From Pristiophorus japonicus (Eukaryota): 64,000 nt of DNA. Every line of letters begins with the position of its first letter. Position 1 is the stretch's first letter. The notes beneath the pieces are model-generated. The model made no database searches, had not been told where the DNA came from, and worked only from the letters and a program-made list of their open reading frames with translations. The translations under genes were made by a program, and so were the position numbers. This document shows, piece after piece, positions 22,867 through 36,401 of this stretch. The DNA is taken from contig NC_091979.1 of the NCBI RefSeq assembly GCF_044704955.1, positions 316,386,001 through 316,450,000 of the forward strand, read 5' to 3'.

Positions 22867-23682
22867 TTGCTGTTAAACTCACGTCGATACATTTCATCCC
22901 CCAGCCATTCCAGCTTCTCCTTGCAATCTACTCCGCCTGCCTCTTGTTCCTGTTGGCTCTCGTCTCCCTCCCCCCACAATCCAAGCTGTCATTCTTACCC
23001 CTGCCCCAGTTCATGGTGGCTTTCCTCCCTTTGCTGCTCCGTTCAAACTGCTGCACCTGTCCTTTCCCCCAGTTCATGTCAGCACTCTTCTCCCCCGCCC
23101 CCATTCTCAATGTAAGTCAGCACTTTTCCTTCTCCTACACACTTTAAGCTGGCACTCTCCTCCTGCATTTCATGCTGTGTCCATCCCCCCATCCCAGTCC
23201 ATGCTGTACTCTCCCTTTGCTTTATAGTTCAGGTTGCTTTAGTTTGGATATATGAAAGTGCTGGAAATCACTATTTTACATTAGTAGATCCCTTCTAGAT
23301 TCCCATGGAACACAAAGTGAAACTTTCTTTCTTCAAACTCTGGATATGACCTGAGGGCACTTACAGAATACGCCTTTCCACGACAGTATAATATTCAAGT
23401 TTAACTTTGTACTTTCAACAGAGCCAAGTCAAAAATAATGTAAATTGTTGTTTGAGTTATAATCCTATGAACAGGTCTGCCTTTTGCCTCATGTTTACTG
23501 ACTATCACCAGTCTTGGTGCAGCAGTGTTCCCTTATCTGTGTGTCTCACTGTCAGCCACTAATCCCAGCTCTCTGCATTTCAACTGCTTTGTAATGTAAG
23601 CTACTTTATTTCTGAAAACTAGTTCCTTGATCGATAGTCTACATGTAAAATTAAATACAGAAGTTATTATAATGATCTTTAC

Positions 23683-23687
23683 CTCAT
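23683..23687 (-). CDS. IFIT copy B, coding part of exon 1 (ATG AG); intron 17511-23682
   Basis: ATGAG|GTAAAG donor is in phase with acceptor AG|C AAC ACA, giving MSNTQKD. Confidence 0.85.
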
Positions 23688-23786
23688 AATGCTGATCGAT
23701 GGACAATGTGTTGAATTTTTTCGTCAGCTCCAACTGTCCTTCCAATGGTGAGTTGACCGAATGTTTGGAGTGTTGTTTTTCAGCTC

Positions 23787-23863
23787 ATTTATACCGTTCA
23801 GTCATTAATCGCTATGAATCATTTCCTGAAAGTGAATAGAAACTAAACCGAGAAATGGAAACT
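23787..23863 (-). promoter_or_regulatory. IFIT copy B promoter: TATA, IRF sites, ISRE (23851-23863)
   Basis: Same motifs as copy A. Confidence 0.8.
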
Positions 23864-24009
23864 CAGAAGCAACATTCCTGTTCAGGAAATTCTGGTGTCA
23901 CACAGTAACATTGTGTGCTGACACAGAACCCCATGGAGCCTATTATAAACATAGGCCGGTTCAGCAACTGAAAAAGACCACTTGGCCCAAAAGGTCGAAC
24001 CTGTTTGAT

Positions 24010-26536
24010 TCCAGGATACATTTCAATACCGATCACCAATCACGTTACATGTAGCACTATGCAGAAAAAACAGTACATGGAACGGATGGGGATACATTTA
24101 CATTTTTTTACAAGTTACTAAAGAGTGCAGAGACTTTCATTATACATGGCACAACACAGGTGTTTTTCAGTCCATGATGCTCTGTGTATACAAGCAGATT
24201 AACAAGTACAGCCCGAGGGGGGTCTGATTTCATACCCTGGGTTTACCGTGGCGGAAGGGCCTTAAACTGTGCCTCTTCTCCATCATGTCTTTGCGGCAAC
24301 TGCACCAATCTTTAGTGTGACCCTCAGTACGTACTCCTGGATCTTGGATTGGGCCAGTCTGTAACACTTGGCCGTGGACATCTCCTTGCTCTGGAAGACC
24401 AGCAAGTTTTGGGAAGACCAAAGTGCGTCTTTCACCGAGTTAATGGCTCTCCAGCAGCAGATGATGTCTGTCTCGGTGTGTGTCCCGGGGAACAGTCCGT
24501 AGAGCACAGAGTCCTGTGTTACGGAGCTGCTTGCGATGAACCTCGACAGCTACCACTGCATCTCCTTCCAGACCTGCCTTGCAAAGGGGCAATCCCGAAA
24601 GAGATGGATGTCAGTCTCGTCCGCACCACAGCCGGCTCAGGGCTAGAGTGCCGTGTCTCTGAAACCCCGGCTGTGTATGAAGGACCTGACGGGTAGGGCC
24701 CATCTCACCGTCAACCAAGCTATGTCTTGGTGCTTGTATGAAAGCTCTGCCGATGAGACATTCTGCCAAACGAGTTCGACAGCCTGCTCGGGGAACCGTC
24801 CGACAGGATCCATCATCTCCTTCTTTTGTAGGGCGTCCAGGACCTTGCGTGCTGACCACTGCTTTATGGCCTTGTGGTCAAAGGTGTTTTTCTTGAAAAC
24901 CTTTCCACGAAGGACAGGTGCTGAGGCATGGTCCAACTGGTCGGAGCGTTCCGTGGCAGCCTGGCCAGACCCATCCTTCGCAACACCAGGGACAGATAGA
25001 ATCTCAGCACGTACTGACACTTGGTGTTTGCGTACGAAGGGTCAATGCACAGCTTAATGCAGCCGCACACAAAGGTGGCCATCAGGATGAGGGCCACGTT
25101 TGGAACGTCCTTTCCCTCCTTGTCTAGAGATTTGTACATCATGTCTCTGCGGACACGGTCCATTTTCGATCTCCAGATGAAATGGAAGATGACTCGGGTG
25201 ACTGCCACGGCACAGGAGTGGGGTATGGGCCAGACCTGCACCACGTACAACACCGAGAGCACCTCACTCCTCGTGACCAGGTTCTTTCCTGCAATGGAAA
25301 GTGAGCACAACTTTCACCATCCCAGTTTATGTTTGGCTTTAGCGATATGCTCCTTCCAGTTTTTCACGCACGCCCCGTCCGCTCCGAACCATATTCCCAA
25401 CACCTTCAGGTAATCTGACTTCACAGTGAAGGGAATAAAGGATCGGTCAGACCAGCTTCCAAAGAACATGGCCTCGCTTTTGCTGCGATTGACCTTCGCC
25501 CCCGAGGCCAGTTCAAACTGGTCACAGATTGTGAGCAATCCGCGGACTGACTGCGGATCCGAGCAAAAGATGGTGACGTCGTCCATGTACAGGGAGGTCT
25601 TGACCTGAACGCCTCCGCTGCCTGGGATTGTCACCCCCTAATGCCCGCATCCTTCCTGATGGACTCGGCAATGGGCTCGATACAACACACAAACAAGACA
25701 GAGGAGAGGGGACAGCCTTGCCTGACTCCAGACCTGATCGGAAAGCTTCCAGTTTCCCGCCCATTGATTAGAACTGTGCTACTGATGTCTGTGTAGAGCA
25801 GTTGGATCCAATTGCGGATACCCTCCCCAAACCCCATTTGGAGAGCACGTCCATCAGGTACGTGTGCGATATCCTGTCAAAGGCAAGCTGATTAAACAGG
25901 TGTCCACCCTCCTGTCCCGCACGTAGGCGATCGTATCCCTGAGTAGCGCGAGGCTATCAGAGATCTTCCTGCCGGATCACCAGCTCCCGAGCAGACTTGA
26001 CCCTGTTTGCGATGACCTTTGACAGGATCTTGTCGACCACATTGAGCAGCGAAATGGCCGCCAGTTTTTGATTTCCTCCCTCTCCCACTTCTGCTTGTAG
26101 ATGAGGGTGATGATGCCTTTCCTCATTGATTCTGACATGCTGCCAGCCAGAAGCATACCCCCGTACACTTCCAGCAGGCCTGGGCCTATCCAGTCCCACA
26201 GAGCCGAATACAACTAGACCGCTAAACCGTCGCTTCCGGGAGTTTTACTCATCATGAGGGACGGGACGGCCTTTGTCAGCTCGTCCAGAGTTAGTGGGTG
26301 ATCGAGACTCTCCCGCTCGCTGTGGTCTAAGACCTCTGAGATAGACGACAGGAAAGACTGCGAGGCCGCGCGGTCTGTGGGCTTGACGTTGTACAGCCCG
26401 GCAGAGAAGGATTTGCTGATCCTCAGCATGTCAGGCTGCGAAGACGTCGCTGGTGATCACAGAGCTCCCGCTGTGTACCTTTTGGAAGAAGAAACGCGAA
26501 CACGTCTCATCCTGCTCGACGGAGCGGACTCTGTGC
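24010..26536 (-). mobile_element. Tx1/L1-clade LINE remnant (unit 2)
   Basis: Same RT motifs; extra 1-bp frameshift near 25635. Confidence 0.88.
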
Positions 26537-26999
26537 AAAAACACTTAAGAAGCTTGACACCATCCAGGACAAAGCAGCCTGCTTCATTGGCAGCCCTTCC
26601 ATCACCTTAAACATTCACTCCCTCCACCACTAGCTCACCGTGGCTGCAGTGTGTACCATCTACAAGATGCACTGCAGCAACTCGCCAAGGCTTCTTTGGC
26701 AGCACCTCCCAAACACGCGCCCCCAACCATCTAGAAAGACAAGGGCAGCAGGTACATGGGAACACCATCATCTCCAAGTTACACGCCATCCTGACTTGGA
26801 AATATATCGCCGTTCCTTCATCATTGCTGGGTCAAAATCCTGGAACTCACGCCCTAACCACTGTGGGAGCACCTTCATCATAGGGTCTGCGGCGGTTCAC
26901 GATGGCGGCTCACAATAACCTGCTCAAGAGCAAGTAGTGATGGGCAATAAATGCTGGCCTTGCCAGCAATGCCCACATCCCATGAACGAATAAAAAAAT
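26537..26999 (+). mobile_element. CR1/L2-group LINE 3' end (unit 2)
   Basis: Copy of 3326-3788. Confidence 0.6.
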
Positions 27000-27098
27000 A
27001 TATATATACCCTGACAGGGATACGAACCAAAGGCACCAGACAAATCCTCGACTCTTCACATTAACTCCTGTCATTTACCACCCAGTCTATGCCTGAAT

Positions 27099-29319
27099 TC
27101 ATTGAACCATAGAATGGTTACAGCATGGAAGAAGGCCATTCAGCCCGTCGAGCCTGTGGCGACTCTCAGGTAGTCCCACTCCCCTGCCCTTTCCCGGTAT
27201 AACCGTCAATTTGTTTTTCCTTCAGATACTTATCCAATTCCCTTTTGAAAGATAAGATTGAGTCTGCCTCCACCACCCTTTCAGGCAGTGCATTCAGAAC
27301 CCAACCACTCGCTGCGTACAAACATTTTTTCTTACATCACCTTTGGTTCTTTTGCCAATCACGTTGAATCTGATTCCTCTGGTTCTTGACTCTTCTGCCT
27401 ATGGGAACAGTTTCTCTCTCTAGCTACTTTGTCCAGACCCCTCATTATTTTGAACACCTCTATCAAAGCTCCATCTCCATCTTCTCTGCTCCAAGGAGAA
27501 AGCCCCAGCTTCTCCAGTTGACCAACATAACTGAAGTTCCTCATTCCTGGAATCATTCTTGTTCATTTTTTCTGCAGCTTCTCTAAGGCCTTCACATCCT
27601 TCGTAATGTGTGGTGCCCAAAATTGGACACAATGCCCCAGTTGGGGCCACACCAGTGTTTTATACACGTTCATCATAATTTACACACTTTTGTACTCTCT
27701 ACCTTTATTTATGAAGCCCAGGATCCCATAAGCCTTTGTAACTGCTTTCTCATCCTGCCCTGCCACCTTCAACAATTTGTGCACACATACCCACTATTCA
27801 TTCACCCTGTTTCGGATTGTACCATTTAGTTTATATGTCCTTTCCTCATTCTTGCGACCAAAATGTATCACTTCACACTTTTCTGCATTAAATTTCATCT
27901 GCATCGTGTCCGCCCATTTCACCAGCCCGTCTATGACTTGCTGAAATCGATCACTCTCCTGCTCACTGTTCACTATACTTCCAAATTTTGTCTCATCTGC
28001 AAATTTTGAAATTGTGCCCTGTGCATCCATGTCCACGTCATTATTATATATCAAGAAAAGCAGTGGTCGCAGAAGTGATCCCCGGGGAACAGCACTGTGT
28101 ACCTACCTCCAGTCCTAAAAACAACCGTTAACCACTAATCTCTGAGGGCCAAATTGACCATTTTTATAGCTCCATTCGCGCTAATGGACACTAATGGGAC
28201 GCAACGAGGTTATCGCCCGGGGGAAGAGGACGATAGTGCCCCCGTGGAAATTGCCCCGGAGGTTTTGGGGGTGTTGTACCGTTAACGCCGCACCCCACGA
28301 TTTGTGCCCCGGGCTGGCGCATTCACGACGATGATACCATCGGCGTGCACACGGACCCGTCACCACCCCGCGCTGACCCCTTTGCGCCCGGCGGAGGAAA
28401 ATACTCAGCGGGCGGCGAGGATGGCGTCGGCCGATATCACCGCCAGCTTCACGAGTCGCGAACCCGCGGACATCCACCGCCGACACTACACCCGAATGGG
28501 GAGGCCGTTTGCGCCGTGGGCCGCTTTATTTTTCTGTTACCCGACTCCCTGTCAGCCCGACAATGGTGGTCCTCGCCTCGACAGAACCGCAATCCTGCAG
28601 CCCGGCACTCTGTTATGAGAGCAGCACTGTTGGCCCAGTCGAGGGTGTCCCTGTTGGCCCAGTGGCAGCCACCAACGGGACTGCAGAGCACACAGCAGCC
28701 CTCCCCTTTAATTGAACCTGAGGGACATTCTGCCACATCAGTGCTAACGGAGCAGACATGAGACGCTGATGCTGCCAGCAGTGCGCTGGGCTCCGAAGTC
28801 AGGGCCATCCTACTGCCCCGGGAGCGCCCCTCCACGGACACGAACAATCTCCAATGGCGCTCCACCTCTGTTGAGGGGCGGAAGGGCCAAATTCCACACC
28901 CCGGGTGGGACTCCCGAGCCGGGCACAAGGAGTCCCAGCCCCAGAAGTTTACCGCCCCCAATCAGGACGAGTGGCAATTTTATGGAATCTGTTTCCTGTC
29001 CCTTCGCGAATTTTGTAACCATGCTGCCACTGCCCCTTTTATTCCATGGGCTTCAACGTTCCTGGCAAGTCTATTTTGAGCCAGTTTGTCGAACGCCTTT
29101 TGGAAATCGCATTACCCTCATCAACGCTCTCTGTCACCTCATCAAAAAACTTAATCAAGTTAATGAAACACTATTTGCCTTTAACAAATCCATGCTGGCT
29201 ATCTTTAATTAATCCACACTTATCCAAGTGACTGTTCATTTTGTCCCTGATCACTGTTTCTCAAAGCTTCCCCACTACCGGGGTTAAACTCACTGCCTGT
29301 AATTGCTGGGTTTATCATT
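27099..29319 (-). mobile_element. CR1 fragment with GC-rich insert at ~28145-28986 (unit 2)
   Basis: Copy of 3888-6105. Confidence 0.85.
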
Positions 29320-29355
29320 TACCAATATGGACCATGACCTCTGGCTGTTCACCCT

Positions 29356-30423
29356 TGTAGGCTCCGTTCCTCCCCCATCACCCCCCAACGGTAAAAATTG
29401 GACTATTAAATATAAAAACTCAGAACTGCATTACAGCCCACAAAAAGAGTTGGGCAGCAAAGGGTTAATTCTAACATTGCAGCAAAACCATGAGACACCA
29501 TCAGAGACAATGATGCAGGCTAACTGCCATTTCATCTAATCAACACAGACAATAGCACCAGAAGAGAGACATTCACACCTTCAATGGTTTCTGTCTGAAA
29601 AGATACAGGACCATTCACATATTCATTTACCTTCAGGGGTTACATTGTTAAAGAGGCGTACCTTAGACCATGGTCCCAGAAAGGCTGGTATCAGTGCAGG
29701 CCGAGACTGGGCTCTGAACCATTTGAATAAGAATGCGACTGGAAACCAACAATGAAGTCACCTAGGGAAGGTTATATTGTCAGAAAGGACTTCACATGAC
29801 AGACAGGCGGTGGCCAGAGTAATCATGGACAATGACCCTAAATGAGGGACAATTAGCCACCAAGAATTCCCTGCGAGAGACATTCACACATTTGATGCTG
29901 CCATTGTCTTCACAGGAGGGAAAGGAAATCTGTTTTGAGGTTGCAAGTTGGTCTTTGGTATAAAGAAGAGCCATTTCCGAGGGGAAAGCCAGTACAGGAA
30001 CAGTATCGAAACAGCAACAGACAGCAGTGTGTCTTCGGGACTCAAGCTGCAACTAAGATCTGGGCCTACAGTCAACCTCAGCAGACAGCCGGGGAATTGG
30101 TGATTGTACGTTTCCAGTCAAATCATAGAAGGGTTTTGTGATTTAATCTGGGTAAGTTTACAGGTAACAGTCAAACCGCGGACGGGTTTAACCATGTCAT
30201 ATTGTGCTGATGCAAATGACCCTTTCATAGGGGTTTGTATTTTGGGGTTAATCCGTCCAATAAAAATCGTAGGGATTTGTACTGGGCAGTAATTGTGTGT
30301 ATGTTCAATACATGAACAAATCTTCATTGATCCAAAACCCTGAGCCGTGTGTATTTTGTTCTTTATAAATCCTGAAGTCAAAGAACTGTGTATAATGGGG
30401 AACTAGATTTAGAAATACTTACA
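29356..30423 (+). mobile_element. Solo LTR with CCCT TSD (unit 2)
   Basis: ccct|tgtagg...cttaca|ccct. Confidence 0.8.
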
Positions 30424-33400
30424 CCCTCCCCTCTCAGAATGTTCTGCAGTCGCTCAGAGACATCCTTAACCCTGGCTACAGAGGCAACACTTTATCCTGG
30501 AGTCCCGCCTGCAGCCGCAGAAATGCCTCTCTGCTCCTGTAATGATCGAATCCTCTACTACTATTACTCTCCCTCTCTCCTTTCTCCCCCCTGTACAGCT
30601 GAGCCACCCGTGGTGCTGTGTACTTTGCTCTGGAACCCAGAGGAGCCATCGCCCTCACCAGTACTCAGAACAGAACCCAGATTGGAAAGCGAGATGCACA
30701 CAGGAGAGTCCTGCACTACATGCCTGGTCCTCCTCTTCTGTCTGGCAGTCACCCATTTCCTCCCTGGCTGCTCACTCCTAGGGTGCTGAGTGACCATCTC
30801 CTGAAACATGCTATTCCCGAAGTTCTCAGCCTAATGGATGCACCGCAGTGATGCCCGTTGCTACTCAAGCTCCAAAACCCGGAGCTCGAGCTCCTCCAGC
30901 TGACGACACTTCCTACACATGTGTTTGTCCAGGACACGGGAAGTGTCCTGGAGTTCCCACATGGCAGAGTGTGCATACCACGGGACTGAGCTGCCCTGTC
31001 ATGCCTCTATTGAGAAAATAGGAGCAATAGTAGGCCATTCGGCCCTTCGAGCCTGCACCACCATTCAATATGATCATGGCTGATCCTCTATCTCAACACC
31101 ATATTCTCGCTTTCTCCCCATGCCCCTTGATGCCTTTTGTGTCAAGTGAAGAAATTTCTCCACATCTCAGTCCGAAATTTCCTACCCTGTATCCTGAGAC
31201 TGTGACCTCTTGTTCCAGACTTCCCAGCCACCGGAAAGATCCTCCCCGCATCCAGTCTGCCCAACCCCATCAGAATTTTATACATTTCAATGAAGACAGG
31301 CCGAGTTGACCCAATCTCTCCTCATACGACAGTCCTGCCATCCCAGGAATCAGTCTGGTGAACCTTCGTTGCACTCCCTCTATGGCAAGTATATCCTTTC
31401 TTCGGTAAGGAGACCAAAACTGCACACAATATTCCAGGTATGGTCTCACCAAGGCTCTGTATAACTGTAGTAAGACATCCTTGCTCCTGTACTCAAATCC
31501 TCTTGCAATGAAGGTCAACATACCATCTTCCTTACTAACTGCTGACTGCACCGGCATGTTTGCTTTCAATGACTGATGTACAAGGACACCCAGGTCCCTT
31601 TATACATCGACATTTCCCAAGCTATCACCATTTAAATAATACTTTGTCTTTATGTTTTTTCTGCCAAAGTGGATAACTTCACATTTATCCACATTATTCT
31701 GCATCTGCCATGTGTTTGCCCACTCACTCAACCTATCTAAATCACCTTGCAGAGTCTTTGCATCCTCCTCACAACTCACAATCCCACCTAGTTTTGTGTC
31801 GTCAGCAAACTTGGAAATTTTGCAATAGGTTCCCTCATCCAAATCATTTATATATATATTTTGAATAGCTGAGGCCTAAGCACGGATCCTTGTGGTACCC
31901 CACTAGTCACTGCCCGCCACCCCGAAAAAGACCCGTTTATTCCTACTCTCTGTTTCCTGTCAGTTAACCAATTTTCAATCCCATGCCAGTATATTGCCCC
32001 CAATCCTATGTGCTTTAATTTTGCACACTAATGTCTTATGTGGGATTTTATCAAAGGCCTTCTGAAAATCCAAATACACTACATCCACTGGTTCTCCCTT
32101 ATCTATTCTATCAGTTACATCCTCAAAAAACTCCAGTAGGTTTGTCAAACTCAATTTTCCTTTCACAAATCCATGTTGATTTTGTCTAATCCTTTTGATA
32201 GTTTCTAAGTGTGCCGTTATCACATCCTACATAATAGACTCTAGCATTTTTTCCTACTATTGTTGTTAGGCTAACCGGTGTGTAGTTCCCTGTTTTCTCG
32301 CTCCCTCCTTTTTTAAATAGTGGGGTTACATTTGCCACCCTCCAATCTGCAGGAACTGTTCCATAATCTATAGAATTTTGGAAAATGACAACCAATGCAG
32401 CCACTATTTCCATGGCTACCTCTTTTAGTTCTCTGGGATGCAGATTATCAGGCCCTGGGGATTTATCGGCCCTCAGTCCTATTAGTTTCTCCAGCACTAT
32501 TTTCTTACCAATAATCATTTCCTTTAATTCCTCTTGCTCACTAGACCCTTGGTTCCCTAGCATTTCTGGGATGTTATTTGTGTCGTCTTGCGTGAAGACA
32601 GAACCAAAGTATTTATTTAATTGTTCTGCCATTTCCTTGTTCCCCATTATAAATTCTCCCATTTCTGACTGTAAAGGATCTACATTTGTCTTCACTAATC
32701 TTTTTCTTTTTACATACTTGTAGAAACTTTTGCAGTCGGTTTTTATGTTTCTTGCAAGTTTACTCTCATACTCTATTTTTCCTTTCTTAATCAATCTCTT
32801 GGTCCTTTTTTGCTGAATTCTGAACTGCTCCCAATAATCCTCAGGCTTCCTACTTTTTCTGGCAACTTTGTATGACCCCTCTGTGAATAGAAACATAGAA
32901 ACATAGAAAGTAGGTGCAGGAGTAGGCCATTCGGCCCTTCGAGCCTGCACCACCATTCAATATGATCATGGTTGATCATGCAACTTCAGTACCCCATTCC
33001 TGCTTTCTCTCCATACCCCTTGATCCCTTTAGCCATAAGGGCCACATCTAACTCTCTTTTGAATATATCTAACAAACTGGCCTCAACAACTTTCTGTGGT
33101 AGAGAATTCCAGAGGTTCACCACTCTCTGGGTGAAGAGGTTTCTCCTCATCTCGGTCCTAAATGGCTTAATCCTTATCCTTAGAATGTGACCCCTGGTTC
33201 TGGACTTCCTCAACATCGGGAACATTCTTCCTGCATCTAACCTGTCCAATCCCGTCAGAATTTTATATGTTTCTATGAGATCCCCCCTCATACTTCTAAA
33301 TTCCAGTGAATATAAGCCTAGTCGATACAGTCTTTCTTCATATGTCAGTTCTGCCATCCCGGGAATCAAGCTGGTGAACCTTCACTGCACTCCCTCAATA

Positions 33401-34114
33401 GCAAGAATGTTCTTCCTCAGATTAGGAGACCAAAACTGCACACAATACTCAAGGTGTGGTTTCACCAAGGCCCTGTACAACTGTAGTAAGACCTCCCTGC
33501 TCCTATACTCAAATCCCCTTGCTATGAAGGCCAGCATGCCATTTGCCTTCTTTACTGCCTGCTGTACCTGCATGCCGACCTTCAATGACTGATGTACCAT
33601 GATACCCAGGTCTCGTTGCACCTACCCTTTTCTTAATCTGTCACCATTCAGATAATATTCTGCCTTCCTGTTTTTGCAACCAAAGTGGATAACCTCACTT
33701 ATTACTATCCTTAATTTCTTTTGCTAGCCATGGTCGGGCCACTTTTCCTTTTGTGTTTTTGCACCAGAAAGGAATGTATAACTGTTGCATTTCATGCATT
33801 CGTTCCTTAAATGTTAGATATTGCCTATCCACCATCATGCCTTTTAATGAATCTTCTCAATCTATCATAGCCAATTCATTCCTCATACCTTCGTAGTTTC
33901 CTGTGTTTAGATTTAGGATACTTGTTTTGGATTGGACTACTTCACTTTCTATCTTAATAAAGAATTCTATCATGTTATGGTCACTCTTCCCTGAAGGACC
34001 GCGCGCAACAAGACTATTAATTAATGTCATCTCATTGCAGAATATTCAATCTAGGATAGCCTGTTCCCTCATAGACTGCTCAACATACTGGTCTAAAAAA
34101 CCATCTTGTACAGA
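30424..34114 (-). mobile_element. CR1 ORF1 fragment plus nested CR1 ORF2 elements (unit 2)
   Basis: Copy of 7210-10880. Confidence 0.9.
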
Positions 34115-34339
34115 CATATTTAATAGACTATGAACTAACCTGGGAGAAATAAACTTTAAATTAAAAAAAAACACTCACCAGCTACTCACCTTTGTGCCGA
34201 TGTCATTTTGGCTTTTTTACTCTGACGTCACTATTTCAAATTCAGCCTGTGTTGAGTTGCTCAGCACTCGCTCTCGCTCTCGCTCTGGTCCGCCTCAGCT
34301 CCAATCATTTACCAGCTGTCCTGTGATGTCACTGCTGGA

Positions 34340-34572
34340 TTTTTCTCCTCTCTGTTCCTCCAATGCTGCTGCTGATTAGGTTTACGCTGGTCTCTCCTCT
34401 GCTGATCAAATCTTGTCCCTCCTCCAATGCTGCTGCTGATTAGGTCTACACTGGTCTCTCCTCTGCTGATCAAATCTTGCCCCTCCTCCAATGCTGCTGC
34501 TGATTCGGTCTACACTGGTCTCTCCTCTGCTGTTTAAATCTTGCCACCTCCTCCAATGCTGCTGCTGATTAG
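34340..34572. repeat. 64-bp minisatellite (unit 2)
   Basis: Copy of 11120-11351. Confidence 0.88.
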
Positions 34573-34707
34573 AATTTAACTCACAAAACTAACATTAACC
34601 AGTTCAGAATGTATTAGCATTTACACTATCAACCTCCAATGAGGATCTGCATGAGCTATTGAGTGAATGAATTAATTCTTGACAATTATGAAAGAGGAAG
34701 TCAGACA

Positions 34708-34817
34708 TAGACATAGAAACATAGAAAATAGGTGCAGGAGTAGGCCATTCGGCCCTTCTAGCCTGCACCGCCATTCAATGAGTTCATGGCTGAACATGCA
34801 ACTTCAGTACCCCATTC
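34708..34817 (-). mobile_element. Young 110-bp CR1 3'-end insertion with TSD CAGACA
   Basis: cagaca at 34702-34707 and 34818-34823; unit 1 has a single cagaca (11481-11486). Confidence 0.88.
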
Positions 34818-34899
34818 CAGACAATAAAGACTACATAATAGGATCCCAATTAACATTCATTTAGGAGGCTATCACCTGAGACAGGGTGCGGGAGGAGTA

Positions 34900-36270
34900 T
34901 AGTCAGGATGTTCTGGGGTCTTTGTGGGCCCGAGCAGAGGCGGGTTAGTTGGCTGCACAGTTCAGAGGATGGATGGCTGCTTCTGCTGCAATGGAAATGG
35001 TGACACTGGCCATCAGATGCTGCATCATGGTTGGGTCCACAAGTGTGCGAACAGAGTTTGCCACCACTTCCATGCCGGAAAGGATGGGCTCCAAACTCTG
35101 CTCAAATCCCTGTGCCAAGCTGGTGAAGACCCCTCCATGCTCCGTGACATTGACTGCAGGCTTTCTGGCAGGCCTGCCAATGCACCAACCTTCATTGTGC
35201 AAACCCGTCAGCGTTCCTCTGTCGGCTGCCCCATCGAATTCCGTATCTGAGTCCTCGGCAACGAAACCTGTCTGTGCCCTCGCCCTCCGGTGAGCTGGCA
35301 CCTGTCCTATCCTTGCCACCTGCCCTGGCTGCAACCCACTCGTGCCCGGTGTCTCACCACGTGCAGATCCCGCCTCTAATCTATCCTCTAACATAGCAGT
35401 GTCAGTGTCTGAGCCGGTGGCTGTGAGTGTGAAATCAAGTGACGGTCACTCTCTTCTTGCTGTTCCTCCACTGCCTGGGCAGATTGCAACACTTGTGTAT
35501 CTGAAAGGAAAAAGGCACAAGAATAAGTTGTGGTGCAAGGAAGTGAGGGGAAAGTAAGAGGTACATGCTTACACCATCTGCAGCTTGTAAATCAGCTTGT
35601 GGGATGAGAGGAAAATGGGATGGTTTTAGCCCTGTCGCTGGCCACTTGTTCAACTTTGGGCATCTCAATAAAGGCCAGCACCATCTCCTCCACGGGTGTG
35701 AGGACATGCAGACGCGCCTGTCCCCTCCAGTTAGCACCTGCTGCATTTGGTTGTATGCCACCTTGTCCAGTGAGAGAGAGGGAAGCGTGTCAGTGACTTT
35801 CGTGCAAACTGTTTGGCTGATGTGGCTGTCATGGTTGAATAGCTGGCTGAGTGTGCAAGCTGTGAGATGTCGGAGTTCAGTGTGTGAGGGCGAAGTGAAG
35901 CTACGGATGTGAGGTATGGGGCCTGTTGGTTGTTGTAGAGATTGTTGGTAGGTGAGCGATGGGGATGTGGTGAATTGAGCAGTGGGTGTGGCTCGTGTTG
36001 CAGTTGGGAAGACATGGCATTTGAAGATGCATTCACTGACCTTGACCACTCATGTGAGGTCATTGAACTTCTTGCAGCACTGTATCCAGGTCCTCGGGGC
36101 TTGACTCCGGGCACTGACCACCACGGCTATCTGCTTCCACTTCCTTTTGACCGTGTGTCTGGAGGGCCTCCGGCCCCACTGTGGATACAGAACATCTCGC
36201 CTCCTTTCCACCTCCTCCAACAAGACCTCCAGTTCTCCATCCGACAAACTTGGTGCCCGCTAGCTCCCCT
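34900..36270 (-). pseudogene. Harbinger Myb/SANT-like gene remnant (unit 2)
   Basis: ORF 36050-36247 encodes the Myb/SANT-like domain and ends at a premature TGA. Confidence 0.72.
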
Positions 36271-36401
36271 GTTGTGTGGTTAGCACTAGTTGGATACACA
36301 GATCATTCAAATGAGCAGGCAGCACAAAGTTGACTTGCTGCCTGCATTGCAATCAACAGCCACAGGTTAATCGCACTTCATGATCCCTGCATCCATCTTT
36401 T

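Larger units (their letters stand above)
1..23212. repeat. Tandem segmental duplication unit 1 (phase set arbitrarily by window start)
   Basis: The sequence at position 1 (ccctttgctttatagttcagg) recurs at 23213 and 46626, and the ORF track repeats with the same offsets. Confidence 0.97.
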
